NCBI GenBank assembly: GCA_964016885.1
Contig: OZ024741.1
Span: 239,878,001-239,942,000, forward strand
Origin: Eledone cirrhosa
Taxonomy: Eukaryota
Direction of reading: 5' to 3'
Length of the DNA: 64,000 nucleotides
Shown: positions 61,690 to 64,000 of the stretch, piece by piece
How the letters are laid out: every line of letters begins with the position of its first letter
Position numbering within the stretch: the first letter of the stretch is position 1
Notes under the pieces: model-generated
The model's database searches: none
Told to the model about the DNA's origin: nothing
What the model saw: only the letters and a program-made list of their open reading frames with translations
Position numbers and translations under genes: made by a program

Positions 61690-64000
61690 TCATCATCATC
61701 ATCATCATCAACGTTTAACGTCCGTGTTCCACGCTTGCATGGGTTTGGACGGGGGTATTCCCACTTGAGGCAAGAGTGATTGTCTTGCTCGCATAGGACT
61801 GTCTGGCAGGTTTTCTACAGTTGGATGCCCTTCCTAACACCAACCACATTTACAGTGTGGGTCTGGGAGGTTTTTACCGTGTTGCCTACACGGCCACATT
61901 ACAGCGTGGACTGTGTTTTTTTGTTGTGACACCTACATGATCTCATTTGTTTCGGCCTGGATGGTGTGGCACCAACATAACTTTACATAGGAGGGGGTGG
62001 TGTGGATGGGGTGGGGGTGGTGGGACGGGGGTGTATTTTGTTAGAGATGCCTACTAGCTGTAGTAGGTTTTACTATGTATTTAGGTAAGGCGGGTCTTCT
62101 CTATTACTGAGTACCGCCAAAGGTCTCGGTCCAGTGACATTGTCTTGGAGAGGTGTAAGTGCGTGAGGTCGGAGTTTATCAGCTCGTCCCAGGATTTTCT
62201 AGGTCTGCCTATTCCGTGGCTACCGTCTATCTTTATTGCCCTGCACTTTGTTATACAGCTATCGACTTTCATGCGCATCACGTGTCCGTACCAACGTAGC
62301 CTTCTCTCGAGTAAACAACATCTGATCCCTCTTATTTCTAATTTTTTCCTTAGTTCGTTTATGCTTTTCACGTATATTACTATTACACATCCAGCGGAGC
62401 ATGCAAGCTTTGTTCCTCTCTAGTCTGCGTATATCCTCTGCACACAATGCCCAGGTCTCACTGCCATGCAACATTGCTGTTCGTATGCAGGCATCATACA
62501 ACCTGCCTTTCATTTTTAGGGAGAACCCTTTAGCGGCTAATAGTGGTATAAGCTCTCTGAACTTTTTCCATCCAGTTCTGACTCTAGCTACTGTACTTTC
62601 AGAGCACCCTCCCCCACTGCTGATTTTGTCACCCAGGTAACGGAAGCTGTCCACTATTTCTATAGAGCCCTCTGCGCAGTTGTAAGAGCTAGTATTTTGT
62701 GGGCACTCGCTGCTACTTATTGCCCCAGAGCACCGCCCACATGTAAAATCTAAGTTCTTAGTTAGCTTACCTGTGATCCCACTACATCTTTTATGCGCCC
62801 ATACTTTGCATTTGGGACATAAAATGGAGTTTCTACCTACGCCTTTCCTACACACTGAGCATGGCCATTTCCCGGAAGGGACCGCCGCCTTATTTTCTTT
62901 CCTACAAACTAGAACTTTAGTCTTAACCAGGTTAATTTTAAGGCCTTTTAATTCTAGGCCGTGCTTCCATGTTTGGAATTTCTTCTCTAGCTCGGCCATT
63001 GATTCAGCTATGAGTGTCAGGTCGTCTGCGTATAGGAGTTCCCATGGGCAGCCGGTCTTGAACTCCTCTGTTATAGCCTGAAGGGCAATAATAAATAGTA
63101 GGGGGCTGAGAACAGAGCCCTGATGGACGCCAACTTTTACGCTAAACTCTTCACTATATTCGTTGTTAATTCTAACCTTGCTGACTGTTTCTTTATACAT
63201 GGCTTGTATAGCTCTCACAAGCTATTCGTCGACACCTAGTTTTCTAAGGGCCCACCAGATAATGGAACGGGGGACTCTGTCGAAGGCTTTCTCCAAGTCG
63301 ACAAAAGCTAAGTAGAGGGGTTTACCTTTAGCTAGGTACTTCTCCTGTAGTTGACGTACAATAAAAAGAGCGTCTGTGGTACTTTTGCCTGACACAAACC
63401 CGAACTGCATTTCATCTAGGTCAATTCTCTCTCTGATTAGTTGCGCTATTACTTTTTCCGTGACCTTCATGACCTGGTCGATTAATTTAATGCCTCTATA
63501 GTTACTCCTATCTAGGGCATCTCCTTTACCCTTATAACAGTTAACAATGATGCTGCTATGCCAGTCCTTCGGAACAACCCCATTCTGTACGACTTGGTTA
63601 ACTATCCGGGTAATCATGATGTGTCCCACCGTGCCAGATGCCTTCAGCATCTCAGCAACTATTTCCGAAGGCCCAGCCGCCTTATCCGTCTTCATATCCT
63701 TGATTGCCTTACTTATTATACTACCCTCGACTAACACTGCTGGTCCCTCTATTGGGTCGATGTGGGGGAGACTGTCTTTCTCCCATTTATTCTCCTCATT
63801 TAGTAGCCTTTCATAGTGACACTTCCAAGCTACCTTCTTATCAGCGTCGGTGATGGCAAGTACGCCGTCATCATTAGGTACACACTTCTCCCCGACAATA
63901 TCACGGTTTTCCTTGACACATTGCCTAGCAATCCTGAACACCTCACGTTTTTGGTCCTCGCGTTGAAGAACATGCTTGAACTTTCTTTCCTCTGCTTCCC
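61690..64000 (-). mobile_element. Young RTE-clade LINE (RT + PHD), runs off the window
   Basis: ORFs 63222..63941, 62259..63218 (LLYADDL) and 62081..62371; one TGG>TAG stop and one frameshift; (GAT)n tail. Confidence 0.92.

Overview
AT-rich eukaryotic DNA, inferred to be coleoid cephalopod (octopus-like), containing part of a head-to-tail protocadherin (Pcdh) tandem array on the minus strand, embedded in transposable elements. Two units have a large signal-6xEC-TM exon plus two small private tail exons. PcdhB (CDS 48516-46120, 45565-45406, 42447-42368; 878 aa) is intact. PcdhA (36928-34652, 34504-34339, 31938-31860) has an in-frame TAG in tail exon 1 and a damaged EC2-3 calcium linker. Two further units (C at 52434-51638, D at 21732-21247), and possibly a third (E at ~8.8-1.0 kb), are present only as tail exons, with no ectodomain exon in the TE-filled space upstream. 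A and B share a ~1.4-kb near-identical tract (mid-EC3 to juxtamembrane) with divergent flanks, consistent with gene conversion. TEs include PHD-finger RTE LINEs, a GC-rich RTE with a twin-priming-type inversion, Penelope-like GIY-YIG elements with minimal hammerhead ribozyme motifs, Helitrons, hAT MITEs, a pogo remnant, CR1 and R4/Dong 3' ends and tRNA-derived SINEs. All splice models are by-eye predictions, and TE boundaries without a target-site duplication (TSD) are approximate.
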